From the NCBI GenBank assembly GCA_965238225.1, contig OZ250183.1, positions 96,001 through 160,000 on the forward strand: a stretch of 64,000 nucleotides of DNA, written 5' to 3'. The stretch comes from Gammaproteobacteria bacterium (GTDB lineage Bacteria > Pseudomonadota > Gammaproteobacteria > Eutrophobiales > Eutrophobiaceae). Position numbers and translations under genes: made by a program. Positions 32,211-42,582 of the stretch are shown one piece after another; the stretch's first letter is position 1; the number at the start of each line of letters is the position of its first letter. The notes below the pieces were generated by a model that worked only from the letters and a program-made list of their open reading frames with translations, made no database searches and had not been told where the DNA came from.

Positions 32211-33449
32211 CTACACAGAAGATTTAGAATCTGTGGGCGATATGGAAATCAAACTTGGCTGACGACCCCAAAAGCCCATAGCATTTTGTGCGAACCGATG
32301 CTTCATTGGCGGAACTAAATCAATCCCCAACAAAACAAGATTTCGTGCAATAACTTTGAGTGCTTGCCTGTTATAAAAAACCTTCGCCAGCCTATCTGTA
32401 AAGTTCAGCACCCATTTTTGATCATCCTCTCTGGATTCAAGATAAGACTCTAGTAATGACAATGTCCCAATATCATGATGATTTTCATGCGCTTCTATTA
32501 ATACTTCAGCAAGTGCTACTGCATCACGAAGCCCAAGATTAAAACCTTGTGCAGCATTCGGATGGACTACATGTGCAGCATTTCCTAATATCACTGCACG
32601 ATGTTTTACTTGTTCTGCAACTTGTAACATTTTTAATGGGTAGCTTTTACGCTTGCCTAACTTAGAAAAGTTACCTAATCGCCGTCCAAAACGTCTAAGC
32701 AAAGCACTCAGAAACCCTTGCTCATCCATCTGCATATATTGTTTCGCTTCATTTGCCATAACGGTAAAAACCAAAGCACAACATTGCTTTGAATACGGTA
32801 ACAGTGCTAAGGGACCTGTTTCGGTAAACCGTTCATAGGCAGTATTCAAATGCGGTCTTTGTGGCGTAACATTGCTGACAATGGCAACCTGTTGGTAATC
32901 CTTAATACTGGTTTTTATGTCCAGCATATCCCTTATTTTGGATTCTGCGCCATCGGCAGCTACCAATAGTTTGCAGCTAATGACCTTATCAAGGCCATCA
33001 ATATTGACTGTGACTCTGGCTGATGCAATAGAGGTTTCAACAGCTATAACCGAGGCGGGACATAAAAAATTGATATTGTGGGCTGCTTCGATAGTCTGTA
33101 TCAACACCTTGCCTAATTCTCCAGCCAATACAATATGGCCCAACGCCGACACATTCATTGATTCAGCATCCATCCTGACAAAGCCAAAATGATGTTGATC
33201 AGACACATGAATATGTTTGATGGGGTTTGAGTAAGGTGAAATATCTTGCCAAAGCCCAAGATTATCGAGAATATTCTTTGATGACAGGGAGATAGACAAG
33301 CCTCTGCCATCATAGCTTTTCTGGACATCAGCCTTTGGTGAAACTGCCTCAATAACAGCTACCTTGAGCGTACTCCCCCTTAGAGCAGAGGCCAACACTG
33401 CGCCAATAGCACCGCTACCGACGATAACTATATCATAATCATGAAGCAT
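32211..33449 (-). CDS. ubiH: 2-octaprenyl-6-methoxyphenol hydroxylase
   Basis: AYERFTETGPLALLP, GNAAHVVHPNAAQGFNLGLRD; pepP-ubiH-ubiI synteny. Confidence 0.9.
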   Translation of the reverse strand: MLHDYDIVIVGSGAIGAVLASALRGSTLKVAVIEAVSPKADVQKSYDGRGLSISLSSKNILDNLGLWQDISPYSNPIKHIHVSDQHHFGFVRMDAESMNVSALGHIVLAGELGKVLIQTIEAAHNINFLCPASVIAVETSIASARVTVNIDGLDKVISCKLLVAADGAESKIRDMLDIKTSIKDYQQVAIVSNVTPQRPHLNTAYERFTETGPLALLPYSKQCCALVFTVMANEAKQYMQMDEQGFLSALLRRFGRRLGNFSKLGKRKSYPLKMLQVAEQVKHRAVILGNAAHVVHPNAAQGFNLGLRDAVALAEVLIEAHENHHDIGTLSLLESYLESREDDQKWVLNFTDRLAKVFYNRQALKVIARNLVLLGIDLVPPMKHRFAQNAMGFWGRQPSLISISPTDSKSSV

Positions 33450-33464
33450 AATATTAAGACATAC

Positions 33465-34778
33465 CTAAACCGTTTCAGTCATCAAAGTTTCTATTTCATC
33501 GACTGTTTTTGGCGCGCCCTTACTAAGCACATCATGGCCGTCTTTGGTAACCAACACATCGTCCTCTATCCTGATACCAATATTCCACCATTTTTTAGCA
33601 AGGCCTTTAATCCCTGCTGGAAAATACAGGCCTGGTTCAACTGTCAATACCATATCGGGCTCCAACATTCGCCAATCACCATCAACTTTATAATCACCAA
33701 CATCATGCACATCCATCCCCAGCCAGTGACCTGTACGATGCATATAATACTTATTGTAGGCATGTGCTTTAAGCAGAGTGCTCAGCTTGCCTTTTAGAAT
33801 CCCTAACTCTAATAATCCTGCAGTAATGGCTTTTACTGCAGCTTTGTGCGGATCATTCCAGTGATTACCTGGCTTAATCTCTGCTATCGCTGCTAACTGC
33901 GCACGCAAGACAACTTCGTATATTTTTCTTTGTGTCTCGGTGAATTTTCCATTAACAGGAAATGTGCGCGTAATATCACTGGCGTAACCTTCATATTCTG
34001 CACCGGCATCAATCAGCAAAACATCACCGTCTTTAAGTTCTTCGTTATTGTCTGTGTAATGCAGAATACAGCTGTTTGCACCACCGCCTACGATCGAAGG
34101 ATAAGCAGAAATTCTAGAGCCTTGCTGCATAAACTGATGTACTAATCCGGCCTCGATCTGATATTCCATTAAGCCCGGTTTACAGACTCGCATAGCGTTT
34201 TTATGAGCCACTGCCGAGATCTTCGCCGCCTTGCGCATAGCAGTAATCTCCTGACGGCTCTTATAAAGTCGCATATCGTGCAAGATATGTGTCAGCGAGA
34301 TAAATTCGTCTGGCGCATTGATACCCGTGCGTACCTTATCTCGAACTTCATTCACCCAGCCCAAGACACGCTGATCAAAAACCGCATTATTGCCCATGGT
34401 ATAAAAAATACGTTCTTTATCTTCAAGCAGGTTAGGAAGAATCTCGTCCATATCTTCAATAGGAAAAGTATTTTCTGCGCCATACATTTCAGTAGCCCCT
34501 TCTAAACCAGCACGTTTACCATCCCAGATTTCTTTGTGTGGATCACGCTCCCTGCAAAATAAAACATACTCGCCATAAGGTCGGTCAGGAATAATGACCG
34601 CGACCGCCTCAGGCTCTGGATAACCGGTTATATAATAAAAATCACTATCCGGACGAAAGGGAAATTCAATATCATTATTTCTAAAATATACCGAGGCGGT
34701 AGGCAAAACGGCGATGCTTTCATTGCCCATCATATCCATTAAGCGTTTGCGTCGCCGCGTAAATTCCTTAGTGTTCAT
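33465..34778 (-). CDS. pepP: Xaa-Pro aminopeptidase
   Basis: DAGAEY, SDITRTFP, HWLGMDVHDVG, TVEPGLY, GIRIEDD. Confidence 0.96.
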   Translation of the reverse strand: MNTKEFTRRRKRLMDMMGNESIAVLPTASVYFRNNDIEFPFRPDSDFYYITGYPEPEAVAVIIPDRPYGEYVLFCRERDPHKEIWDGKRAGLEGATEMYGAENTFPIEDMDEILPNLLEDKERIFYTMGNNAVFDQRVLGWVNEVRDKVRTGINAPDEFISLTHILHDMRLYKSRQEITAMRKAAKISAVAHKNAMRVCKPGLMEYQIEAGLVHQFMQQGSRISAYPSIVGGGANSCILHYTDNNEELKDGDVLLIDAGAEYEGYASDITRTFPVNGKFTETQRKIYEVVLRAQLAAIAEIKPGNHWNDPHKAAVKAITAGLLELGILKGKLSTLLKAHAYNKYYMHRTGHWLGMDVHDVGDYKVDGDWRMLEPDMVLTVEPGLYFPAGIKGLAKKWWNIGIRIEDDVLVTKDGHDVLSKGAPKTVDEIETLMTETV

Positions 34779-34814
34779 TTGATTAAATCACCCAAGGTCG
34801 CATAGTTTTCAAGA

Positions 34815-34947
34815 CTATCGGCATTTCTCTTGTAAATCTGTAAAGATATAAATCATCCCCATGCGCACAAAAACCATGTCTTCTAAATATCTGAAATCCC
34901 GCGCTAGAGGTTGCCAATACTTCATTTAACTGCCCATAATTTTGCAT
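34815..34947 (-). pseudogene. ygfB: Remnant of UPF0149 family gene (ygfB) with a large internal deletion
   Basis: N-terminal-like MQNYGQLNEVLATSSAGF is followed in another frame by C-terminal-like FVRMGMIYIFTDLQEK*, at the syntenic position between zapB-like and pepP. Confidence 0.6.
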
Positions 34948-35211
34948 GTTATTTATGTTCTCGCAATATCTGCCTGTTAAGTCATGCGCCTCTTTAGCTA
35001 TAGGTGTGAGCCATAAGCCATTGGCACATCCCTTACTTTTTCTTTAAAATTAATCATACCCAGATTATTTGAAAATGCGAAAACGTGGGCTGAGAATCAG
35101 TTTTGTTCTGCATGCCTTGACCCCTTCCACATGTCGCTCTATATTGCACAAATGATAACAAATAAACAGATTTTTTGGTCATAGCTAAATACAACTTTTT
35201 AGGATAATTTC

Positions 35212-35436
35212 ATGACAGATCAAAACAATGAAACAGTCGATCTTAAGGCGCTGGAAACACGTGTTGATGAGCTAATCAATACAGTCAATAAACTAACATC
35301 AGAAAACACTGCGCTTCGAAACCAGCAAGGTGATCTAGTGAACGAACGTGCTGAGTTGATAGAAAAAACCGAGCAGGCTAGAGCTCGTATTGAATCTATG
35401 ATCTCCAGATTACGTGCGATGGAAACGAGTCCGTGA
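35212..35436 (+). CDS. TIGR02449-type coiled-coil protein (ZapB-like)
   Basis: LKALETRVDELI...ERAELIEKTEQARARIESMISRLRAME; upstream of zapA. Confidence 0.85.
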   Translation: MTDQNNETVDLKALETRVDELINTVNKLTSENTALRNQQGDLVNERAELIEKTEQARARIESMISRLRAMETSP

Positions 35437-35744
35437 GCGAAACAAAACCAACCAGCGTCACCATTCTTGATAAAGAATACTTGATTGCATGTAGCGATGA
35501 GGAACGCGATCTTCTCAACGATGCTGCAAACTTGCTAAATGAAAAAATGCAAGAGGTAAAAAACTCAGGGAAAATCATTGGCGGCGAGCGGATTGCGGTA
35601 CTGGCAGCATTAAATATCTCCCATGAAATGCTTGCACACAAAAAAGAAAATGAGGATTATACTTCAAACGTGGACGGGTTGATCCAGCGTTTACAAGAAA
35701 AAATAGATGCCACCCTGATGAAAGATAGGCAGGCAAGTATTTAA
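35433..35744 (+). CDS. zapA: Cell division protein ZapA
   Basis: VTILDKEYLIAC, ERIAVLAALNISHE. Confidence 0.92.
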   Translation: MSETKPTSVTILDKEYLIACSDEERDLLNDAANLLNEKMQEVKNSGKIIGGERIAVLAALNISHEMLAHKKENEDYTSNVDGLIQRLQEKIDATLMKDRQASI

Positions 35745-35797
35745 CAATAAAATCAACAGTATAACGATGCCAAATTTTAGTAGCAATAATCAGTTTA

Positions 35798-35985
35798 GGG
35801 TATCTTCTGCAGTGTTTGATAGCAGGCCGGTGGTAGCTTGAACCTATAATACACCACCTAGGGAAATTGATTTGTGGCCTAGTGTGCACGCCCATTTATG
35901 GGAAGCCTGACATGCCACAACTACTTCCCGCTTTGAACCCATGGTTCAAGTTCTAAGGCTTGTAACGGCACTGTGGTTGATACCC
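35798..35985 (+). ncRNA. ssrS: 6S RNA
   Basis: Follows zapA. Terminal pairing GGGTATC...GATACCC and CTGCAGTGTT/GGCACTGTGG; conserved TTGAACC...GGTTCAAG hairpin; about 188 nt. Confidence 0.9.
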
Positions 35986-36185
35986 ACCTATATTTTTTAT
36001 TATATTCTTAATGATATTTATAAATCAGCCTCTCTATTTATGAACAAGACTGTGGTTTTTATAAGGGTTTATTGTCGAACTTTACCTGTAGCGACATTCA
36101 CATAAACTTTAGTTATTACTGCGCTTTCCGCCGCAGTATGTGAAATAAATGGTCTTGCTCCGTTGATTAAATGATTTAAACCATG

Positions 36186-38225
36186 TCACTTATGGCAATC
36201 TGCCAAATGTTTTGTTAGATGCTCTATATTTATCTTGGATTTTATGCTTGATACTTCATTAGCTGCCTTGTTTCTTAATGCAAAACTTCTTTCTATACTT
36301 AAAATTATATTATCCACATCTTTTTGTAACGGTAAATATATCAATATATTAGCAAAATCTTTGTCAGATAATGCTGGAATAGCCGCTCCAGTTCTATACA
36401 TAAATACTTGCTTCAAAAACAAATCGCTTTGGAAATAATATAATAAGTAATAAGGGTTAATTTTGAAATTTCTTAAAACTCTAAAACCATTTGTACAGAT
36501 AGCTTTATCAAACTCTTGTGTGACATAGGCAGTGGCATGTTTATGAGATCCGATAGAATTTCCTGCAACAGCAGTGATAATATCGCCAGTTTTTATTTCA
36601 TAACTCGCTCTGCTCGGCAATTCTGTTGCCAAAAGAGTCGCACTATTAATTATCTCAAATGATTTTGTGTAAATGTCTGATAATTCAACATACTCTACAT
36701 AAGTAGTTTTTTTTAATAGCGGAGATTTCTTTTTTATTATGTCTGAAATTTCACTAATCTTAACAGCATTTAGTTTTTTTAAATTTTTGATTAAAACCCT
36801 GTTTTTAGGTAAGTAATAATTGTAATCGAAACGACAGTTTAGCTTACTAGAATCAATAGAAAATGATTTGTCAGATTCTATTGAAAATGTTTGTAAAAAA
36901 TTATTGTAGTCGGTAACTGATTCAGTAAAATCTTCATCCACCAATTTTAATCCATTATTTATAATAAATTCTCCTGTCTTATTTTTTTTATAAACAGGTG
37001 TACCATTCTTGTTCCCGATATAACCTAATTTATTTATTTTAGTAAAGAATACTTGACTATTATTTACGGCATTTCCATTTTTCTTTTGTAAAAACAATAA
37101 TGAAGCCTTAATACCAGTACCATATGGTATAAATGTTTCTTGGGGTAACAAAACAATACCAACCACAAATGCTTTATCTTTAATATACTCTCTTAAATAA
37201 TCCATTGAAGCATTTTCAAAATGACCATTCGGCAAGACAATACCGAGTCTGCCTCCAGGTTTTAAAAGATTTAAGCACTGTTCTATAAATAAAACATCTG
37301 GCACCTGTCCTTTTAAAACTTTAAATGATTTCAAATAATCATATTCATGTTTATCCCATTTATAACCCAAATCATAATTTGATAAAATCCCCCTTTCAGT
37401 AATCTTGCCCTGAGTTCCAAATGGTGGATTTGTTAACACAATGTCATAAAAATTCTTTATACCTTTTTCCTTATAGTTATGTTTCAAAAAATTTATATTA
37501 CTCAATGTTTTTAACGAATTCTCACATATTATGTTGGGTTCAGAATTAGTATCTATTAAAAATTTTATCTTGGCTATTTGTGAAATTTTTTTATTTATTT
37601 CTATTCCAAATATATTATTCTTTACATAACCACTTATATCTTCTTCCTTATATTTTCTTTTTATATAATTTAATGATGAAAATAAAAACCCTCCTGTACC
37701 ACAAGCAGGATCAATGATTTTCTCACTCGGTTTAGGCTGGATTATCTCTACACAAAAATCAATTACAGGGTCTGGAGTAAAAAATTGTCCTCGTCCGCCC
37801 TTTGCATGTCGCCCTAAAAATTTCTGAAAAGCAAGACCGCTTGCATCTTTGGTTGATTCTGTAAAACTAATTTTTTGTAATTTACTAACAACGAAATAAA
37901 GAGATTGCTTACTTAATTTTAAGCTATCTTTTCTGTCAAAATAAGTTTTATATTTCTCTTTGGTACTCTCAAATAAATTGTTTATTCTTTCTGAAAAATC
38001 TGAGCTATTGCTTGATTCATTATCTTTAATGTAGAATGCGCACTTTGCATTTTTCTCATCATAATATTTTGTAAATAATATCTTGACTACTTCTTCTAAT
38101 ACTTGCTGTTCTGAAAGCCCATCATTTGCATATAAATAATTATGTATGTCTTCAAATCGTTTCAGAGGGCTACCTAAAGTGTCTCCAAATAATGCTGACT
38201 GTTCCATATTATTCTTTATCTTCAT
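36186..38225 (-). CDS. N6-adenine DNA methyltransferase fused to a C-terminal target-recognition (HsdS-like) domain
   Basis: GQFFTP, DPACGTGGF, VLTNPPFG, LKPGGRLGIVLP; C-terminal PSRASY...CTNGF...GAAIPAL TRD-like region; AT-rich. Confidence 0.88.
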   Translation of the reverse strand: MKIKNNMEQSALFGDTLGSPLKRFEDIHNYLYANDGLSEQQVLEEVVKILFTKYYDEKNAKCAFYIKDNESSNSSDFSERINNLFESTKEKYKTYFDRKDSLKLSKQSLYFVVSKLQKISFTESTKDASGLAFQKFLGRHAKGGRGQFFTPDPVIDFCVEIIQPKPSEKIIDPACGTGGFLFSSLNYIKRKYKEEDISGYVKNNIFGIEINKKISQIAKIKFLIDTNSEPNIICENSLKTLSNINFLKHNYKEKGIKNFYDIVLTNPPFGTQGKITERGILSNYDLGYKWDKHEYDYLKSFKVLKGQVPDVLFIEQCLNLLKPGGRLGIVLPNGHFENASMDYLREYIKDKAFVVGIVLLPQETFIPYGTGIKASLLFLQKKNGNAVNNSQVFFTKINKLGYIGNKNGTPVYKKNKTGEFIINNGLKLVDEDFTESVTDYNNFLQTFSIESDKSFSIDSSKLNCRFDYNYYLPKNRVLIKNLKKLNAVKISEISDIIKKKSPLLKKTTYVEYVELSDIYTKSFEIINSATLLATELPSRASYEIKTGDIITAVAGNSIGSHKHATAYVTQEFDKAICTNGFRVLRNFKINPYYLLYYFQSDLFLKQVFMYRTGAAIPALSDKDFANILIYLPLQKDVDNIILSIERSFALRNKAANEVSSIKSKINIEHLTKHLADCHK

Positions 38226-39014
38226 ACACGATATTTTTATTATCTATTTGCATATCTTTCTCTTCAATAGAATCATCTGCGTCAAACATGCCTAATGCTT
38301 TAGAAAAATCATCTATCCATTCATCAGAAAAACAAAGTTCACTGTTATTAAAAACAAACCCCATAATATAATTTTGTTGTAGATGATTTACATCAGCACT
38401 AGACGATTCAAGGTTTTGAGGGTTGGCAAACAAATAATTTATGCTCTTTATATTTCAAAAAGATATCAATTGAAATAAGATTGAATTCATCTTTTCTTGG
38501 AGTAGCTTGTGACCGTCCACTTAAACCACCTGCCCCAGAAACAAAGTGAGTTTCAAGCACTTTAATTTTATTCGTTAAGTATTCTAATCTAGTATTAATC
38601 ATTACTGAAATTTCTTCTCTAGAAGAATTCCGTGATTTATCAATTAAAATTGATTTCTTTGTTTCTCTTTTAGGTGCTGTATATTTTATAATTTCTTCAT
38701 AGTCATAAAGTGTATCTTTATATTCATTTAAGAATTTAGGAAGGTTATCTTGAATCCATTCATCGATTTGTTGTTCCGCCTTTTGATTCCAAAACGAACC
38801 AATAACTGTTTTTACCTTTTATGTAAAAATCTCCATAATGATTAGGATGTTTCTTTCCTTCCTATTTTTCTCTGATGCGTTTAACAACAAATGCAGATGA
38901 TTCTAAATGCCTCTTTAGTAATAATTCTGTAATAGAGCCCCTAACATATCCTTGGGCATTCGGGCTTAATTTCAAAGCTTCAAGAAAAACTTCTAATCTC
39001 TTGATGATGTTCAT
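38209..39014 (-). pseudogene. Putative PD-(D/E)xK restriction endonuclease, disrupted
   Basis: MNIIKRLEVFLEALKLSPNAQGYVRGSITELLLK...IREK*EGKKHPNHYGDFYIK / YWFVLESKG / ...; one in-frame TAG plus at least three frame changes; overlaps the MTase start. Confidence 0.7.
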
Positions 39015-39096
39015 ACATTCTCCATTTTTCCGCACCTAATACCAAACTCACCCGTCGTATTATAAGATTGCATCTTATTTTTTCTTAGAAAAAATA

Positions 39097-40614
39097 TCAG
39101 CTTAAAAACATTTGGTAAGCTGCATTACCATCCTCATTCCAATACTGCATCCCCAACCCATCTAGAAACCCCTGAAATTCAGGGCGTTCTTCAACAGAAA
39201 CTTGAACCCCCATCAGCACACGACCATAGGCAGAACCATGATTGCGATAATGAAACAGACTGATATTCCAACGCGCGCCCATTTGCCCAAGAAAATGTAA
39301 TAACGCACCCGTACGCTCAGGAAACTCAAAGCGATAAAGTAATTCATTTTCCACTTGAGCTGCGTGACCGCCTACCATATACCGCACATGCATCTTTGCG
39401 ACTTCATCGCTACTTAGATCAACGACTTCATAACCTTTATTTTTCAATTTATCTATTAATGTATTTTTCTCATCTACACCATGGCGTAATTGCAAACCCG
39501 CGAATACATAGGCAGTTTTTGAGTCGCCATAACGATAATTGAATTCAGTGATTTGTCTTGAACCCAGATCACGACAATACTCAAGGAAGCTGCCAGGTTT
39601 TTCTGGAATTATCGTTCCGATCAATGCCTCCCGATTTTCACCCAATGCAGAAAGCTCTGCGATATGACGAAGGCGATCAAAATTTATATTGGCGCCACTA
39701 AAAATAGCCACTAATTCTTTATCTTTGATACCTCTTCTGGCGACATACTGTTTGAGTCCGGCAAGTGCCAACGCACCTGCTGGCTCTGGAATTGAACGGG
39801 TATCTTCAAAGATATCTTTTACTGCTGCACAAATTTCATCAACATTTACCAGCAGGATTTCATCAACAACATCCCGAATAATACGGAAAGGCTCTGCGCC
39901 AGCTTGACGCACTGCTGCGCCATCAGCAAAAATACCAATGTGCGGAAGCTCAACACAGGCACCAGCAGCCAAAGCTGCGTGCATGCAAGGGGCTTCATCA
40001 GGCTCAACTCCGACAACAGTTATCCTTGGGGAGACTTCCTGAAGATGGGCAACAATGCCCGCAATCAGCCCGCCGCCGCCAACCGGAACAAAGATAATGT
40101 CTGGCTGGCTTGGATGTTGGTCTAGTATTTCAACGGCAATGGTGGCCTGTCCAGCGATGATCATAGGATGATCATAAGGCGGAATATAGACCTTACCTTC
40201 CCGTGTCGCAACGCCCCTTGCATAATCCTTAGCTTCGTCATAATTATTACCATGCAAAGTAACATCAGCGCCTAGGCGCTTTACTGAAGCGACCTTGATC
40301 TCTGGTGTTGTCTTGGGCATCACTATCATGGCCTCTATGCCTAATTTTACTCCAGCAAGGGCAACCCCTTGCGCGTGATTTCCAGCTGATGCGGCAATTA
40401 CACCCTTCTTGCGTTCAGCTTTTGATAAACTGGCCATGAGATTATAGGCACCACGTAATTTATAAGAGAAAACTGGCTGCTGATCTTCTCGCTTCAACCA
40501 GATATTATTGCCGTGCCGACTTGAAACTTGCGGGGCTAAATCCAAAGAAGTTTTCCGAGCAACCTCGTAAACTCGCTGGCAAGCGTCATCAATCATTTTT
40601 TTATAAGCTTCCAT
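39097..40614 (-). CDS. ilvA: Threonine ammonia-lyase, biosynthetic
   Basis: KREDQQPVFSYKLRGAYN, SAGNHAQG, C-terminal ACT-like regulatory domains. Confidence 0.96.
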   Translation of the reverse strand: MEAYKKMIDDACQRVYEVARKTSLDLAPQVSSRHGNNIWLKREDQQPVFSYKLRGAYNLMASLSKAERKKGVIAASAGNHAQGVALAGVKLGIEAMIVMPKTTPEIKVASVKRLGADVTLHGNNYDEAKDYARGVATREGKVYIPPYDHPMIIAGQATIAVEILDQHPSQPDIIFVPVGGGGLIAGIVAHLQEVSPRITVVGVEPDEAPCMHAALAAGACVELPHIGIFADGAAVRQAGAEPFRIIRDVVDEILLVNVDEICAAVKDIFEDTRSIPEPAGALALAGLKQYVARRGIKDKELVAIFSGANINFDRLRHIAELSALGENREALIGTIIPEKPGSFLEYCRDLGSRQITEFNYRYGDSKTAYVFAGLQLRHGVDEKNTLIDKLKNKGYEVVDLSSDEVAKMHVRYMVGGHAAQVENELLYRFEFPERTGALLHFLGQMGARWNISLFHYRNHGSAYGRVLMGVQVSVEERPEFQGFLDGLGMQYWNEDGNAAYQMFLS

Positions 40615-40707
40615 ATCTGTAAGATACCATTAAAATGGTGATTTATTGCTATGCCTTTTAGGGAAACATTCTAGATATGATTCAAAGATACGCTCGGCGA
40701 AACACAC

Positions 40708-41364
40708 ATGACACAAGATGAAAAAAAGAAGCAGGTCGCAGAAGCTGCGCTCTCCTATGTAGAAGATACCGAGATTGTTGGTGTGGGCACAGGCAGTACG
40801 GTTAATTTCTTCATTGAATATCTCGCTGATATTAAGCACAGATTAAATGGTGCAATAGCGAGCTCGGATGCCACAGAAGCCCTACTGAAACAGCATAATA
40901 TACCTATCTTAAGCCTTAATAGTGCAAATGACATCCCTGTCTACATTGACGGTGCGGATGAAGCGACCAAACATCTGCACTTAATTAAAGGCGGCGGAGG
41001 TGCGCTAACGAGAGAGAAAATTGTGGCTGCAGCCAGTAAAAAATTCGTCTGTATCATTGATGAAACTAAAATGGTTGATGTGTTGGGAACTTGCCCCTTA
41101 CCTGTTGAAGTCATCCCCATAGCGCAAAGCTATATCGCCAGAGAAATAAGCAAACTCGGTGGGCAAGTAGTGTTACGTGAAGGTTTTACCACAGATAACG
41201 GCAATATTATCCTTGATGTGCATAATCTTAGTATGCTTAAACCGATTGAGCTTGAACTTGAGCTAAACAAACTGGCAGGCGTTGTCACCAACGGCTTATT
41301 TGCAAAACGACCTGCGGATGTGCTGCTTATTGCAGACGACAATGGTATTACGACCTTAGATTAG
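40708..41364 (+). CDS. rpiA: Ribose-5-phosphate isomerase A
   Basis: [23 protein letters not shown]. Confidence 0.97.
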   Translation: MTQDEKKKQVAEAALSYVEDTEIVGVGTGSTVNFFIEYLADIKHRLNGAIASSDATEALLKQHNIPILSLNSANDIPVYIDGADEATKHLHLIKGGGGALTREKIVAAASKKFVCIIDETKMVDVLGTCPLPVEVIPIAQSYIAREISKLGGQVVLREGFTTDNGNIILDVHNLSMLKPIELELELNKLAGVVTNGLFAKRPADVLLIADDNGITTLD

Positions 41365-41546
41365 CCTTCTATATCAGCGCCTGCGAATTACAATTTTATG
41401 TATATTGAACTCTTTAATTTCCTTATAATACAATCATTCCAAATAACCTATTTTTTGGGCGGTGTCACAGTGCGCTAGTTATAGTTCAGACAGTTTGGTA
41501 TAGTAAGCACGTGATTTTCAAAATCAAACAACATTAAGGGCAACAG

Positions 41547-41702
41547 ATGATTTTTTACGTCGTATACGCAGCAGCAGCAGCTGTCTTGGTTATGCATTTC
41601 ACAGGATGGTTCGAAAGACATGATATGGAATGGATCGTACTGATCAGCCCCCTTGCCGTTTTTTTAGTCATTATCTTGGATTATATGAAGGTACTGCCCT
41701 AG
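41547..41702 (+). CDS. Small 51-aa two-TM membrane protein
   Basis: MIFYVVYAAAAAVLVMHFTGWFERHDMEWIVLISPLAVFLVIILDYMKVLP*; AAGGG upstream; below the ORF-track cutoff. Confidence 0.6.
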   Translation: MIFYVVYAAAAAVLVMHFTGWFERHDMEWIVLISPLAVFLVIILDYMKVLP

Positions 41703-41847
41703 ATTATATAGCTTCAAACCTTAAGCTGACCCAATAACTATATCGTCACTAATCCTGTGTAGATATGACTTATAAACTTTAATATTCCTGCCTCCTGACT
41801 GCTAACATGGAAGGTGAATTAAAGTGCTATAAATCTAGGAGAATGTA

Positions 41848-42582
41848 GTGACAGATCAAAAAAAAATAGCTCTTTTAATAGATTGCGATAATGTAAGTAA
41901 CAACGCCATCGAGGGCGTGCTTGAGGAACTTGCAAAATATGGGATGGTCAATGTCCGCCATGCGCATGGGGACTGGAAAAATCCATTCTTGTCCGGGTGG
42001 GAAGGTAAATTGCATCCTCATGCCATTAAACCGATGCAGCAATTCGCATATACAATAGGTAAAAATTCCACAGACTCGGCAATGATTATTGATGCAATGG
42101 ACTTGCTCCATAATAAAAATATTGATGCATTCGCGTTAATGACAAGCGACAGTGACTTTACGCCTCTGGTACTTAGAATTCTTGAAGATGGCTTGCCTGT
42201 TTATGGTTTTGGAGAAAAGAAAACACCTGAGGCATTTGTAAAGGCTTGCTCACCTTTTATCTACATAGAAAATCTTGTCCCTGAGCAAAAAGAGAAACCG
42301 AGCGAGACCAAAAAGACGAAGAATGAAGGTAAGGATAAATTAAGGCAGAATAAAAACCTTATAAGGCTTCTAAGAACAGCTGTTGAACAAACATCAGAGG
42401 ATGATAACTGGGCTAACCTTTCTAAAGTGGCGCACTACATAGCATCTAGTTATAGTTCATTTTCAGTAATCAATTATGGTTACAAAAAGCTCAGTAGTTT
42501 AATTAGAGAGACGCAACTTTTTGACGAAAAAATGATAAATAACGTTATGTACATTAAAGATAAGCGGGATAAATCTAAATAA
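41848..42582 (+). CDS. NYN-domain (PIN-fold) protein with C-terminal OST-HTH/LOTUS domain
   Basis: IDCDN, GKNSTD, TSDSDFTPL; C-terminal WANLS...NYGYKKLSSL; AGGAG RBS. Confidence 0.85.
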   Translation: MTDQKKIALLIDCDNVSNNAIEGVLEELAKYGMVNVRHAHGDWKNPFLSGWEGKLHPHAIKPMQQFAYTIGKNSTDSAMIIDAMDLLHNKNIDAFALMTSDSDFTPLVLRILEDGLPVYGFGEKKTPEAFVKACSPFIYIENLVPEQKEKPSETKKTKNEGKDKLRQNKNLIRLLRTAVEQTSEDDNWANLSKVAHYIASSYSSFSVINYGYKKLSSLIRETQLFDEKMINNVMYIKDKRDKSK

